Assembly (NCBI GenBank): GCA_965112635.1
Contig: OZ218778.1
Location: 1,600,001 to 1,664,000 of the forward strand
DNA: 64,000 nt
Reading direction: 5' to 3'
Source of the DNA: an uncultured bacterium
GTDB lineage: Bacteria > Oederibacteriota > Oederibacteriia > Oederibacteriales > Oederibacteriaceae
Position numbers and translations under genes: made by a program. Positions 39,689 to 48,944 of the stretch are shown piece after piece (position 1 is the first letter of the stretch; each line of letters starts with the position of its first letter). The notes under the pieces are model-generated. The model did no database searches. It was not told where the DNA came from and was given only the letters and a program-made list of their open reading frames with translations.

Positions 39689-41323
39689 ATGGCAATAGAT
39701 AAATTAAAAATTGATTACATGATCGGTTTGATTCGGAAGAATTTTCCAAATTGGAATGATTTCAACGATAAGGATTTTATTCGTGCGGAAAGGGAATATA
39801 AAGTAAAAGCTATTGAGATAGCGCAGGAATTATTTAGTGAACAAAAATTAAGAATATTGGTAAAAAAAGGTAAATATGATGAAATTTTTAAGGATATTAG
39901 AAAAATTGCCGTAGTCATGAAAAATTTACTTTTTCTGAAGATACCAAGGGCTGGGGATTTGAATATCCTTGAAAATAGAAAACTTAATAAACCAGAATTT
40001 TGTGATAAATTCTACGACTTGCTTTATGGCAATGGCTTTACTCAAGAAAGGCTTAATAGATTCATTCTTTATCTTCGTAATAATGAACTTCCACACAAAT
40101 TAAATTTTGCAACTTTTTATCTTTTCGTAACAAATCCCAGAGATGAAATTTTTTTGAAAACTAATGCGCAAAAATGGTTTCTAAGGCTAATAGGTGACGA
40201 GGATGCCCTTGAGAAAAGAATAAATGATCCAGTTCTAACTTTTATTAGGTTTAAGGAGCACTGCAAAAAACTATTTAATGAGCTTAGAGATAGAAAGCCT
40301 CAGGATATGACCGATATTCAGTCCTTTATATGGGTCAGTTATGAAACAGATAAGGGTAAATATAAAGTTGGAATTAAAAAGGACAAAAAGGGCAGCAATG
40401 AAAAGCGGGTTTCTTATACTGGATATTGGACCTTTATTAATCAACCTAAGACATGGCCATTTGATAAATATATGGATGGGAAAAAGGTAGATTCAGATAT
40501 TTATCCAAAGAGTATGTGGTATGTGGGCCGTTATTTAAAAGATTTTAAGATAGGTGATTGGGTTTTATTAAGGATTTGTCCTGACAAAAGAAATAAAGAT
40601 GAACTAGGGGGAAAAGAACGGCTAGAACCAGGTGTATATGCAATTGCAAAAATAACGAAAAGTATTTCCCCAAGAGATATGGCCAGCAAATCAAAGAGCA
40701 AAAAACCACTGGAAATAGAGTTTGTTAACTGCTTTTTAAATACCCCCATTTTAATTGACCAAATTAAGAGCAATCCAGTTCTTAAACAAGATAAATACTT
40801 AGTAAGCCCACACCAGATATCGGCCATTCCACTCAGGGAGGATGCTTTTAGGGAAATATGTAGTTTGGTGGGTTTTGAGTATGACGAAGAGCCTGATATT
40901 GAACCAACAGAGAAAGAACAATCTGATTTTGATAGCAAGATTCTTAAAGATGCAAAAATAAATTCACCAGAAGAGGCAAAGAAACTTATTGTCCAGATAT
41001 CTAAGGAACTTAAAAATAAACCGGTTGAGGTCCGGACTAAAATTGCAAAGATGTTATCTAGAAATCCAAAGTTAGCCAAACTAGTAAAAGAAAGTGCTGG
41101 ATATGTTTGTCAGGTATGCAAAGCAGACCCCTTTATCAAAAAAAATGGTGGTCTTTATGCCGAGGCTCATCACATCAACGAATTAGCAAAGACAAAAATT
41201 GATAATCCTGAATCCATGTTATGTGTATGTCCTACTTGCCATAGGGTAATGCATTATGGGAATGAAGATGCTAAGAAGAAAAGAGAAAGTCTAAAAAACC
41301 TTAGAATTGATGACGCGTCTTGA
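39689..41323 (+). CDS. EVE/PUA-like + HNH endonuclease (type IV restriction candidate)
   Basis: YWTFINQPKTW...KIGDWVLL...GVYAIAKI; CQVC...EAHH...CPTCHRVMH. Confidence 0.75.
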   Translation: MAIDKLKIDYMIGLIRKNFPNWNDFNDKDFIRAEREYKVKAIEIAQELFSEQKLRILVKKGKYDEIFKDIRKIAVVMKNLLFLKIPRAGDLNILENRKLNKPEFCDKFYDLLYGNGFTQERLNRFILYLRNNELPHKLNFATFYLFVTNPRDEIFLKTNAQKWFLRLIGDEDALEKRINDPVLTFIRFKEHCKKLFNELRDRKPQDMTDIQSFIWVSYETDKGKYKVGIKKDKKGSNEKRVSYTGYWTFINQPKTWPFDKYMDGKKVDSDIYPKSMWYVGRYLKDFKIGDWVLLRICPDKRNKDELGGKERLEPGVYAIAKITKSISPRDMASKSKSKKPLEIEFVNCFLNTPILIDQIKSNPVLKQDKYLVSPHQISAIPLREDAFREICSLVGFEYDEEPDIEPTEKEQSDFDSKILKDAKINSPEEAKKLIVQISKELKNKPVEVRTKIAKMLSRNPKLAKLVKESAGYVCQVCKADPFIKKNGGLYAEAHHINELAKTKIDNPESMLCVCPTCHRVMHYGNEDAKKKRESLKNLRIDDAS

Positions 41324-41421
41324 TGTTATGAAAGGCGGGTTCTTGGTCTCAAATGTACAATATTATTAGCGATAAAATTATTAATGAAGATATTCAGAAA
41401 TAAATAAATTAGGAGAAAAAA

Positions 41422-42051
41422 ATGGAAACAGAAAATGAAAAAGTTCTCACACTAATAAAGGCGTTAAGCAACGAAAAAGATGATGTCAGCCTTGATGCCC
41501 TTTATGAACTTGGGGAAATGGGACCGTTAGCCAAGACGGCAGTTCCTGCCCTAGTAAATGCTCTTGGAAATAAAAATGCGGATATAAGGATTAATGCTGT
41601 CTTTGCGCTCATTGAAATTGGACCTGATGCCAAAGAGGCAATTCCTGCCCTGATAAAGGCATTTGATGATAATGACGGAGAGGTTGCATTAACTGCATCA
41701 GAGGCACTAGTGAGGATAGGTAAGGAGGCTGTCCCTGCCTTAATAGATGCTCTCAAGACTGGGAGTCCAGATGCAAGAGTATTTGCAGCCAATACACTTG
41801 GTGTAATCGGTTCTGAGGCCATAGATGCAGTTCCTACTCTTGTAGAGGTTTTCAAGGGAAAATATGCGGTTGAGGAGCTCAAGAAAAAAGGCATAACAGA
41901 ATTTGCAGCTATCATTATAAATGCCGCCGATGCGATTAGAAAAATAGATCCGACTTCCAAGGAGGTGATTCCAGCTTCCGAAATTGAAGCACTTAAAGAA
42001 AGGTATGCAGGGGAAGTCTTATATTTGAGAGAGAGGAATAATGGAGAATAG
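41422..42051 (+). CDS. HEAT-repeat (PBS lyase-like) protein
   Basis: Repeated ALxxIG...AVPALxxAL units. Confidence 0.85.
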   Translation: METENEKVLTLIKALSNEKDDVSLDALYELGEMGPLAKTAVPALVNALGNKNADIRINAVFALIEIGPDAKEAIPALIKAFDDNDGEVALTASEALVRIGKEAVPALIDALKTGSPDARVFAANTLGVIGSEAIDAVPTLVEVFKGKYAVEELKKKGITEFAAIIINAADAIRKIDPTSKEVIPASEIEALKERYAGEVLYLRERNNGE

Positions 42052-42330
42052 TGAATTGGATCAGGAGATTAAGATAAGGAAAAGATTTGTTTTACGCTGG
42101 ACTGGATATGGGTCAGCTTTTCCATGTTTTCAAGAAGATACAAATCAAGAATTATATTATGTGCAAATTGAAGAATCCCATAAATTGATTGAGCATTGGG
42201 GTGCTAAGGCGATAAGACGGGTCAAGGATGCATCTTCCCTCATGTTAGTTGATAACGAACTCGCAGAAAGAGCTGATAAATTGTCTAGGCACCAATATTA
42301 TTATGCGGCTTTGGAGGGTGCTTATTGTTA

Positions 42331-43765
42331 GATTATGTCAAGTTTTCGGGTGTAAGTTGTTAAGTCCACGGGTAGTAGGTTAAGCAACATTTAGCAAGCC
42401 TTCCTGAACCAGATCACCTCCTTGAGATTTCCAGAGTTTTCTTTTAGACCAATTATCTTCCTGAGTGGTAGAAACAGACCAGACGATCTTAGCGACCTCC
42501 AATTCGGAGTGCATGGTGCCGGCAGCACGGGTGCGCCGTTTGATCTCGGCGATAAAGCGTTCGATGAGATTGCTGGAGCGGAGAGTGCGCCAGACATGCT
42601 GGGGTTCGTTCATGAAGGTGGTGAGGTTGTCGAACCTATCGAGAGCCATAGCCGTAGCTCTAGGATAGAGTTTCATCCAGCGAGCTTGGAGGCGGCCAAA
42701 GGCCTGGAGAGCCAGTTTGCGGGAATCGGCCCAATAGATAGCTTTGAAATCGTTAAGGAAGGCACCCCAGTCACGGCGAGGCATAATGGCTCTGAGGTTT
42801 CGGATCTTGTGGACCAGGCAGAGCTGGTGAGGGACAGCCAGGAGGTTTTTGACGGCCTGCTCAATGGCCTTGTGTTCATCGGAGATGACGAGCCTGAGGG
42901 TGTTGCGGTTAAGGCCTCTTTTGAGGAGGTCATTGATAAAAGCCTGCCAGGAGTCCAAGGACTCTCTATCGCCGAGAAGGAAACCCAGGACATGGCGATT
43001 GCCAAAGGAATCCATGCCTAGGGCGAGCAATAGAGCTTGTTTGGAGGTAAAACCAGGTCTTCTGACAGGCAGGTAGGCGGCGTCCAGGAGCAGGTAGGTG
43101 ATGTTGGGAGGAATGGGACGATTCATCCACTGACGGATGGCTGGCTCCAAGGCGTTGGTGAGAGTGGAGACGGTGGAGTGAGAGAGCTTTGTGCCCAAAG
43201 CGGCATTTATCTCAGCGGCGGTAGAGCGAGTGGCAGCGCCTTTGAGCCAGAAGCGGATGGCGAGGAAGGAAGCCAGGCCTTTTCCAGCTTGTTTGAGGGC
43301 GGTAAGCAAGGGCGAGTGAAGGGACCCCTGGCGTAGAGCTGGTTTGTGCAGAAAAAGTCTGCCAAAAAAGCCGGGGACAGAGGTGGATTTAAAACCGTTT
43401 CTTTTAGGGCTGTTTTCAAGGCGTTCATAAGGCTGACGGCCCAAAAACTCGTCCCTTTCAGCCTCCAGTTGAATATCTAAAGCCTGGGCAATGATGGCAT
43501 TGACCTCCTGGCCAATTACTTCCAGAGCGACACCGGGCTGTGCGATCTTTCTGACTTTTTCTCTGATTTTCTGATTCGTATAAATCTCAATTCTTTGGGA
43601 TAATGACTTCACGGGTGTAGACCTCCTTTTATTTTGGGTTTGGTGACCTAAGCAATCACCTAGTCTACGCCCGTGGACTTATTTTTGGGGCCGCAAGGTT
43701 AGATTGCTGCAATCTAACCTTGCCTTTCCCCTCGTTGAAGTTACACCCAGGAATGGTACACAACC
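42331..43765 (-). mobile_element. IS256-family insertion sequence (1435 bp) with 9-bp TSD TTATTGTTA
   Basis: Imperfect 25-bp IRs ending gggtgtaa; TSD at 42322-42330 and 43766-43774. Confidence 0.9.
42380..43612 (-). CDS. IS256 transposase
   Basis: RNGF, LLDA, VISDEH, QLCLVHKIRN, SSNLIERFIAEIKRR. Confidence 0.93.
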   Translation of the reverse strand: MKSLSQRIEIYTNQKIREKVRKIAQPGVALEVIGQEVNAIIAQALDIQLEAERDEFLGRQPYERLENSPKRNGFKSTSVPGFFGRLFLHKPALRQGSLHSPLLTALKQAGKGLASFLAIRFWLKGAATRSTAAEINAALGTKLSHSTVSTLTNALEPAIRQWMNRPIPPNITYLLLDAAYLPVRRPGFTSKQALLLALGMDSFGNRHVLGFLLGDRESLDSWQAFINDLLKRGLNRNTLRLVISDEHKAIEQAVKNLLAVPHQLCLVHKIRNLRAIMPRRDWGAFLNDFKAIYWADSRKLALQAFGRLQARWMKLYPRATAMALDRFDNLTTFMNEPQHVWRTLRSSNLIERFIAEIKRRTRAAGTMHSELEVAKIVWSVSTTQEDNWSKRKLWKSQGGDLVQEGLLNVA

Positions 43766-44362
43766 TTATTGTTATGTTGCTGCATATTTTAGATACTCTC
43801 ATGACAATGGGGGACAGCCCCCATTGGAGTTTGCGGGCGAGTCAACTTATGTGGAGAATTTAAGAAAAGAATGGACAAACTATTTCATGGAGCAAACCGA
43901 TCACTTCTGTGCTTCTCACGCGATTACAAAGGAAATGTTTGATATGGCACTAAATTTTCAAGACTATTGGGATAGTGAATCTATCAATAGGGCAGGCCGT
44001 CTCATAACCTATATTAAGAAATCTTTTTGGGATGAAATACCTGGAACTTTGAAAGAATTTGTTGGGAAACCCTTTGAATTAGATTTGAAGGATCAAAACC
44101 CATAAAATTGCTGAGTAGCACCCCGTGGTCGCAGCCAACATTCTCCCTACCCACCCATTTTCTAGCCCTTAGGACAACCGCTATTCCATCCTTCGGCGGT
44201 TGGACATTTGCCGTAACGCCAAAATAGAAGAAAAGTGTGAAAGTTTGACAGAGGCAGGGAAGGGAATAAAATTTAAGCACAGCACCAGATTGACGCAACC
44301 GATAAAGTGAGCTGCCGGCTGGTTTATGAAACATATGATTTTACAGAGGACAAAGTAAAAAA

Positions 44363-45571
44363 ATGGGGATGAAAAGAGATGATATGGCAAAACTTTTTGA
44401 TGAAATGCCGAGGCTGGATTTAAGCGACTTCCAATACGGCGAAAGTACTTTCGGATATTTGAACAAATCTGCAAAACCTGTGATAGAAAAAGCACGAAAC
44501 ACCATTTTGGAGTGGTTTAAATATTACCCGGAGGAAAGAAAAGAAGAATTTGTTTCTCGTTTTAGGGATGAGAATCATCATCTTTCTGCCTTCTATGAGC
44601 TTTTTACCCATGAGCTATTAAGAAATTTAGGTAGTAAAATAAAATTTCCCCAAGCAGGAAAATTCAAAAAGAATAACGTCCCTGATTTTCTAGTCGACGA
44701 TCCTTATGGGAAAGAATTCGTTCTTGAGGCCTGTTTGGTAGCTAGAGAATCAGATAAAAAGAAAGCTGGTGGCAAGATCCGAAATCAGGTCTTGAGGTTG
44801 ATTGATAATTATGATTCCCCGAATTTTTCTTTTAGACTATCCGAAATAGGATATCCTGAGAAAGCAGTGTCATTGGCTAAAATTGAAGCCAGTCTGAAAG
44901 AATTTGTAGATAAATTAGATTACCAGGAAATTATGAAAGCGTGTAAGGAGAAAAGAGATAGGGTTATTCCTAGGTTAGATATTTGTGAGGGAAAATGGAC
45001 ATTGCGTGTGTACCCCATCCCTAGAGGGAGAGTTAAATTAGATAGAAAACAACGCAAGGGTGTCGGAATACTCTCCCAGGGCGTAAGTTGGGCCGGTGAT
45101 ATTCGGATGAAAATATTAGATAAATTGAAAAAAAAGTCGTCAAAATACGGTGATATTAAAAAGCCCTATGTCATTGCTATCAATCTATTTTGTGACGGTG
45201 TAGACCAAATTGAGGAGGCTTTATTTGGGGAAGAAGCCACGGCCCCGAGAATAAATTATCGAACGAAAGATACTGAATTACTCAATTTTAGAAAAAATAA
45301 CGGTTTTTGGGGGCCGGATAGAAAAAAGAATAAAAGAGTGAGCGCAGTTCTAGTAACCTCTTATTTAGGCCCTGGATATGTTTCAAATGTCTATGCCTAT
45401 TTATACCACTGCCCGTATGCTGCGTACCCCTTAGACACGACTTTAATAAAACTGCCTCAAGAAAAATGGCATATTGAGAAAAATGGACAAATAATATTTG
45501 AACATGTAGAGGGAGCGGAATTAAGTCAGTTTGTAAAATATCCGCTTTGGGAATATTCCCAATTTCATTGA
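44363..45571 (+). CDS. PD-(D/E)XK nuclease-like hypothetical protein
   Basis: FYEL...PDFLV...VLEA; KKKSSKY...PYVIAIN. Confidence 0.55.
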   Translation: MGMKRDDMAKLFDEMPRLDLSDFQYGESTFGYLNKSAKPVIEKARNTILEWFKYYPEERKEEFVSRFRDENHHLSAFYELFTHELLRNLGSKIKFPQAGKFKKNNVPDFLVDDPYGKEFVLEACLVARESDKKKAGGKIRNQVLRLIDNYDSPNFSFRLSEIGYPEKAVSLAKIEASLKEFVDKLDYQEIMKACKEKRDRVIPRLDICEGKWTLRVYPIPRGRVKLDRKQRKGVGILSQGVSWAGDIRMKILDKLKKKSSKYGDIKKPYVIAINLFCDGVDQIEEALFGEEATAPRINYRTKDTELLNFRKNNGFWGPDRKKNKRVSAVLVTSYLGPGYVSNVYAYLYHCPYAAYPLDTTLIKLPQEKWHIEKNGQIIFEHVEGAELSQFVKYPLWEYSQFH

Positions 45572-45586
45572 AATAAGGAGGGCAAA

Positions 45587-46462
45587 ATGAATAATTTAAA
45601 ATTTAATGCAACATTAATGACTTCCCATCGGAATAAATTGGGTTATAAGCCAAAGGTTGAGGACATGTTAGCTCACCTTGAATATTTTCAAAATAAACCT
45701 CTTATTAACAAGGACCATGATATGACTAAAGAACCGATTGGAAGAGTAATAGAGGCTCAACTAACATCAATTGAAGATGGAAAAGAAGCAAAAATTGAGG
45801 GCGTTGTTGAGATTTTTGCAAATGGGTGTGACCCTAAACAAATAGAAAAAGAAATACTGGGAAAGGGATTCAGTCCGTCATTTCAAGACGGAGATTTCAC
45901 ACTTTATCCACAAGGTAATCAGGAATTTACCAATCCCATACAAATTGAATTTGACGCCTATGCAGCAAGCGATATTCAACTTTATTTTCAAGGGAAAAAG
46001 TGGGCAGAAAAGCTTAAATGCCCCATCACGTTTATTCGGGTCCGTCGTCATGCTGCTGAGGGTGTGGGTGTATGGATTGCATTTCAGGTCGGGGCCTATT
46101 TCTTTAAGAAAATATTGGATGACATCGGTTTGTATGAATGGTTAAGAGATGAATTCGTAAAATTAGGACAAGCTAATAAAGATGGTAAGGAAATTAGAAT
46201 CCGTATTGAAGGAGCAAGTGGGCCCCAAGAAACTCCTAATAAAGTAGATGTTTACTTTAGGGGAACAGAGGGTGACCTACAAAAATATTTTGTTGATCCT
46301 CAAACAATAAATTGGCTGAAAGAAAGATGTAATGAGACTGTGCAAAAGACTGAACAAAAAGCACACAAGATTTATTCATTTAACCCCCAATTAAATAATT
46401 TTATTGAAGTGAAATTAACCGAAATAGAGAATCCTAGCCATATTATTGATCAGTATAGGTAA
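45587..46462 (+). CDS. Hypothetical protein with prohead-protease-like N-terminus
   Basis: PLINKDHD...PIGRV...GFSPSF; hydrophobic helix in C-terminal half. Confidence 0.5.
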   Translation: MNNLKFNATLMTSHRNKLGYKPKVEDMLAHLEYFQNKPLINKDHDMTKEPIGRVIEAQLTSIEDGKEAKIEGVVEIFANGCDPKQIEKEILGKGFSPSFQDGDFTLYPQGNQEFTNPIQIEFDAYAASDIQLYFQGKKWAEKLKCPITFIRVRRHAAEGVGVWIAFQVGAYFFKKILDDIGLYEWLRDEFVKLGQANKDGKEIRIRIEGASGPQETPNKVDVYFRGTEGDLQKYFVDPQTINWLKERCNETVQKTEQKAHKIYSFNPQLNNFIEVKLTEIENPSHIIDQYR

Positions 46463-46571
46463 AAACTAAACCAAAAGGCAAAAATGTAATTGCTTTATTT
46501 AGCACATTTATAGATAATCAGCCTAACTTAAATAAAGGGATTTGTTACTAAACTCTAGGGATTTCAACTAT

Positions 46572-47057
46572 ATGCCAACGCAACCAATAGAAGAGCAGAA
46601 AACAGAAGATCTTTTGGGAAAAATTAAAACTAAATATTACGAGAAGGCTCTAGAAAATTATCTTTGCTATCTGTCAGAAAATGAAAATAGACGATATAAT
46701 ACAAAAATATCCCGCTTATATTATGCTTTATACCTTGCATGTAAGGGAAATTTATTCATCAATAGACAATATGGGCCGAATGAAAATATAGACGAAAAAA
46801 ATGGACGGCCTGACGAATGGATAAATCACCATGAAATACATGTAAAGATTAATCAAAAATATCCTAGTGACAAAGAACTTCAAACAAGGTTAGTCTATTA
46901 CCCTACAGTTGTTGATTTGCGGCATAGAGCCGATTATTACCGCAGACATGTTTCAATGGATAGAAGCGATATTCAAACAGTGTTAAAGGCCGAAGAATTA
47001 ATAAAACTAATTTCAGAAAGATCATACAAGGAAAAATATGAACAACCTCAAAGTTGA
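46572..47057 (+). CDS. HEPN-domain protein (putative toxin)
   Basis: SRLYYALY...H...LRHRADY, COG1895/UPF0332-type HEPN pattern. Confidence 0.75.
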   Translation: MPTQPIEEQKTEDLLGKIKTKYYEKALENYLCYLSENENRRYNTKISRLYYALYLACKGNLFINRQYGPNENIDEKNGRPDEWINHHEIHVKINQKYPSDKELQTRLVYYPTVVDLRHRADYYRRHVSMDRSDIQTVLKAEELIKLISERSYKEKYEQPQS

Positions 47058-47655
47058 TAACGAAATTTCCGAGAAGCTGACCAATATTTGTGAACTTATC
47101 CAAGCAGAATTTCCCAATGGGGTTGTGTTGGCTGATGAGGGAAAATATCTAGATTTTTACAGAATATTGGTAAGAAATATTAGCGAATCCGAAGAATCTA
47201 AATATTGGAAATTGTATGAAAAACTTATGATTGAATTTGGACTTAAACAGAATTTACCATTACTCATATCATTAGCCGAAGGATTTCAACCGGTTTCTAA
47301 GGAAGAGGTAATTTGGGAAAACATTATTGCTGATAAATCACACATTCAAGTAAACTATGACGCTTTTTCACCTTCTTTCGTTATGGATTCTTTTATAAAA
47401 GAATCCATAATAATTAACAAAAGTCTCTATGAATTGAGTATTGACGATTTACCAGCATCATATTTTGATTTATTGCATAAGCCAAAAATATTTTATGTCA
47501 GTAATCCAGTTCTCGGTATAACAAGCGGTGCGGTAATAGAGTTAAAATCGAATTCGTTTTATACCGAACCAAGTTATCCTATGCCAATTAACTGTAATGA
47601 TATTACTTCTAATCAAGGGCTCGCATCAAATCAAGAGCTCGCACTGGCGGCTTAA
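47038..47655 (+). CDS. Putative antitoxin with long ChAD-like tail ending in ssrA-like ASNQELALAA
   Basis: Overlaps HEPN and SecB genes; tail sequence seen directly. Confidence 0.6.
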   Translation: MNNLKVDNEISEKLTNICELIQAEFPNGVVLADEGKYLDFYRILVRNISESEESKYWKLYEKLMIEFGLKQNLPLLISLAEGFQPVSKEEVIWENIIADKSHIQVNYDAFSPSFVMDSFIKESIIINKSLYELSIDDLPASYFDLLHKPKIFYVSNPVLGITSGAVIELKSNSFYTEPSYPMPINCNDITSNQGLASNQELALAA

Positions 47656-48125
47656 TGGATAAAACAAAACAACCGGGGATAAAATTCTCGTCAATTTATT
47701 TAAAATCCGTTCAATTTGAAGTCTTGACTGAGACTTTCAAAAATGAAAAGGGATTGCAAGCATCCTTTGGTTTCCAAGGTTCTGAAAAGATATCAGAAGA
47801 TAAAAAGCATTTAATGGTTGAACTAGGAATAAAAATTAACGAAGAAAAAAAGGAGGGAGCACCATTCTTTCTCTTTGCTAATTTTGTTGGGCATTTCCAA
47901 ACAATGGACAATGAATCAAACCTTCCTCTTGAAGACTTCGCTAAAAAAAATGCTTTTGCAATCATGCTGCCTTATATTAGAGAATTTGTTTCAAATATTA
48001 CTACTCGTACTCCGTATCCCCCTCTTATGATTGACCCAATAAACATTATGGCTCTTTTAGAAGATCAAATAAAGAAACAGAATATTGATAATAATAACCA
48101 ATCTGAAAATCAAAACAAAATATGA
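47655..48125 (+). CDS. secB: SecB-like chaperone
   Basis: NAFAIMLPYIREFVSNITTRTPYPPLMIDPINI SecB signature. Confidence 0.85.
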   Translation: MDKTKQPGIKFSSIYLKSVQFEVLTETFKNEKGLQASFGFQGSEKISEDKKHLMVELGIKINEEKKEGAPFFLFANFVGHFQTMDNESNLPLEDFAKKNAFAIMLPYIREFVSNITTRTPYPPLMIDPINIMALLEDQIKKQNIDNNNQSENQNKI

Positions 48126-48137
48126 ACATTTAAAATC

Positions 48138-48159
48138 GGCACCGAATAATATTTCGGTG
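48138..48159. terminator. Perfect inverted repeat GCACCGAA-N6-TTCGGTGC between convergent genes (terminator or recombinase site)
   Basis: 8-bp stem, 6-nt spacer. Confidence 0.45.
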
Positions 48160-48187
48160 CATAATTTAAGTTTCTAGCAAATCTAAC

Positions 48188-48754
48188 CTACAATTCATTT
48201 ACTGCTCTCTTTAATTGTTGAAAACCCACGCCAATATATTTCCTCGTGGTTGATATATCTGTATGGCCAAGGAGCTCCTGAATGACGGGAAGGTGTACTC
48301 CTTTTTCTGCGAGTCTGGTACCAAAGGTTTTACGAAGAGTATGGCTGGAGAGCTTTCCCATTAGACCTGCCTTGCCGAAGATCCGATACAACAGACGGTT
48401 CACGTGGCGTGGATCAAGGTGCCCGTGGTTCCGTCCAGGGAACAGGTGATCTTCAGGGGTAACGGTTTTATTTTTATTCCGACCATTTCTACGCATCATC
48501 AGAATAGCCTTCTTAGCATTCATGTTTATGGGAATAGCCCTTGCCTTGTTGTTTTTCGTCTCACTTCGTCTCAGATAGAGCAGGGGAGGAACTTGGTTGT
48601 TCTGCCACACGTCCTGCCAGCGAAGGGAGAGTAGCTCACCGACGCGTAGTCCAAGATTGATTCCCAAGAGAACCATTGATCGTTCCCTAGTATCACTGCA
48701 TGCCCGTAATGTCTTTCTGATCTCGCCCTTAGTAAGTGGCCTGGCTCCTTTCAT
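48188..48754 (-). CDS. Small tyrosine recombinase (catalytic domain only)
   Basis: GLRVGEL, TK, HTLRKT, LGH...TRKY. Confidence 0.9.
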   Translation of the reverse strand: MKGARPLTKGEIRKTLRACSDTRERSMVLLGINLGLRVGELLSLRWQDVWQNNQVPPLLYLRRSETKNNKARAIPINMNAKKAILMMRRNGRNKNKTVTPEDHLFPGRNHGHLDPRHVNRLLYRIFGKAGLMGKLSSHTLRKTFGTRLAEKGVHLPVIQELLGHTDISTTRKYIGVGFQQLKRAVNEL

Positions 48755-48800
48755 AGTTTTAGCCTCCTTTTAGTTGAATTGTCCGATAACACGCCTTTTC

Positions 48801-48824
48801 GGACATCCTCATAAGGCCATTTAT
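48801..48824. repeat. dif-like site copy 1 (ATAA-ggccat-TTAT)
   Basis: 23/24 identical to 51097-51120. Confidence 0.65.
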
Positions 48825-48944
48825 GGTCCAATTGCTCAAGCCTTAAAAGACTAAATAATGGCAAGGCGTTCTTTGAGCTGGCATCCTATTCATTAAGGAA
48901 TGAGGGGATATAATTGAGTTAATCATTTTTAGAAAAAGGAAAAC

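Larger units (their letters stand above)
42041..44105 (+). pseudogene. 206-aa hypothetical gene interrupted by IS256
   Basis: Removing the IS and one TSD copy joins ...EGAYC to YVAAYFRY... in frame. Confidence 0.8.

Noticed and set aside
43704-43774. 5' part of ORF 43704-44105 as an independent gene start
   Set aside because: Lies within the IS256 end and TSD; the ORF is the 3' half of the interrupted gene
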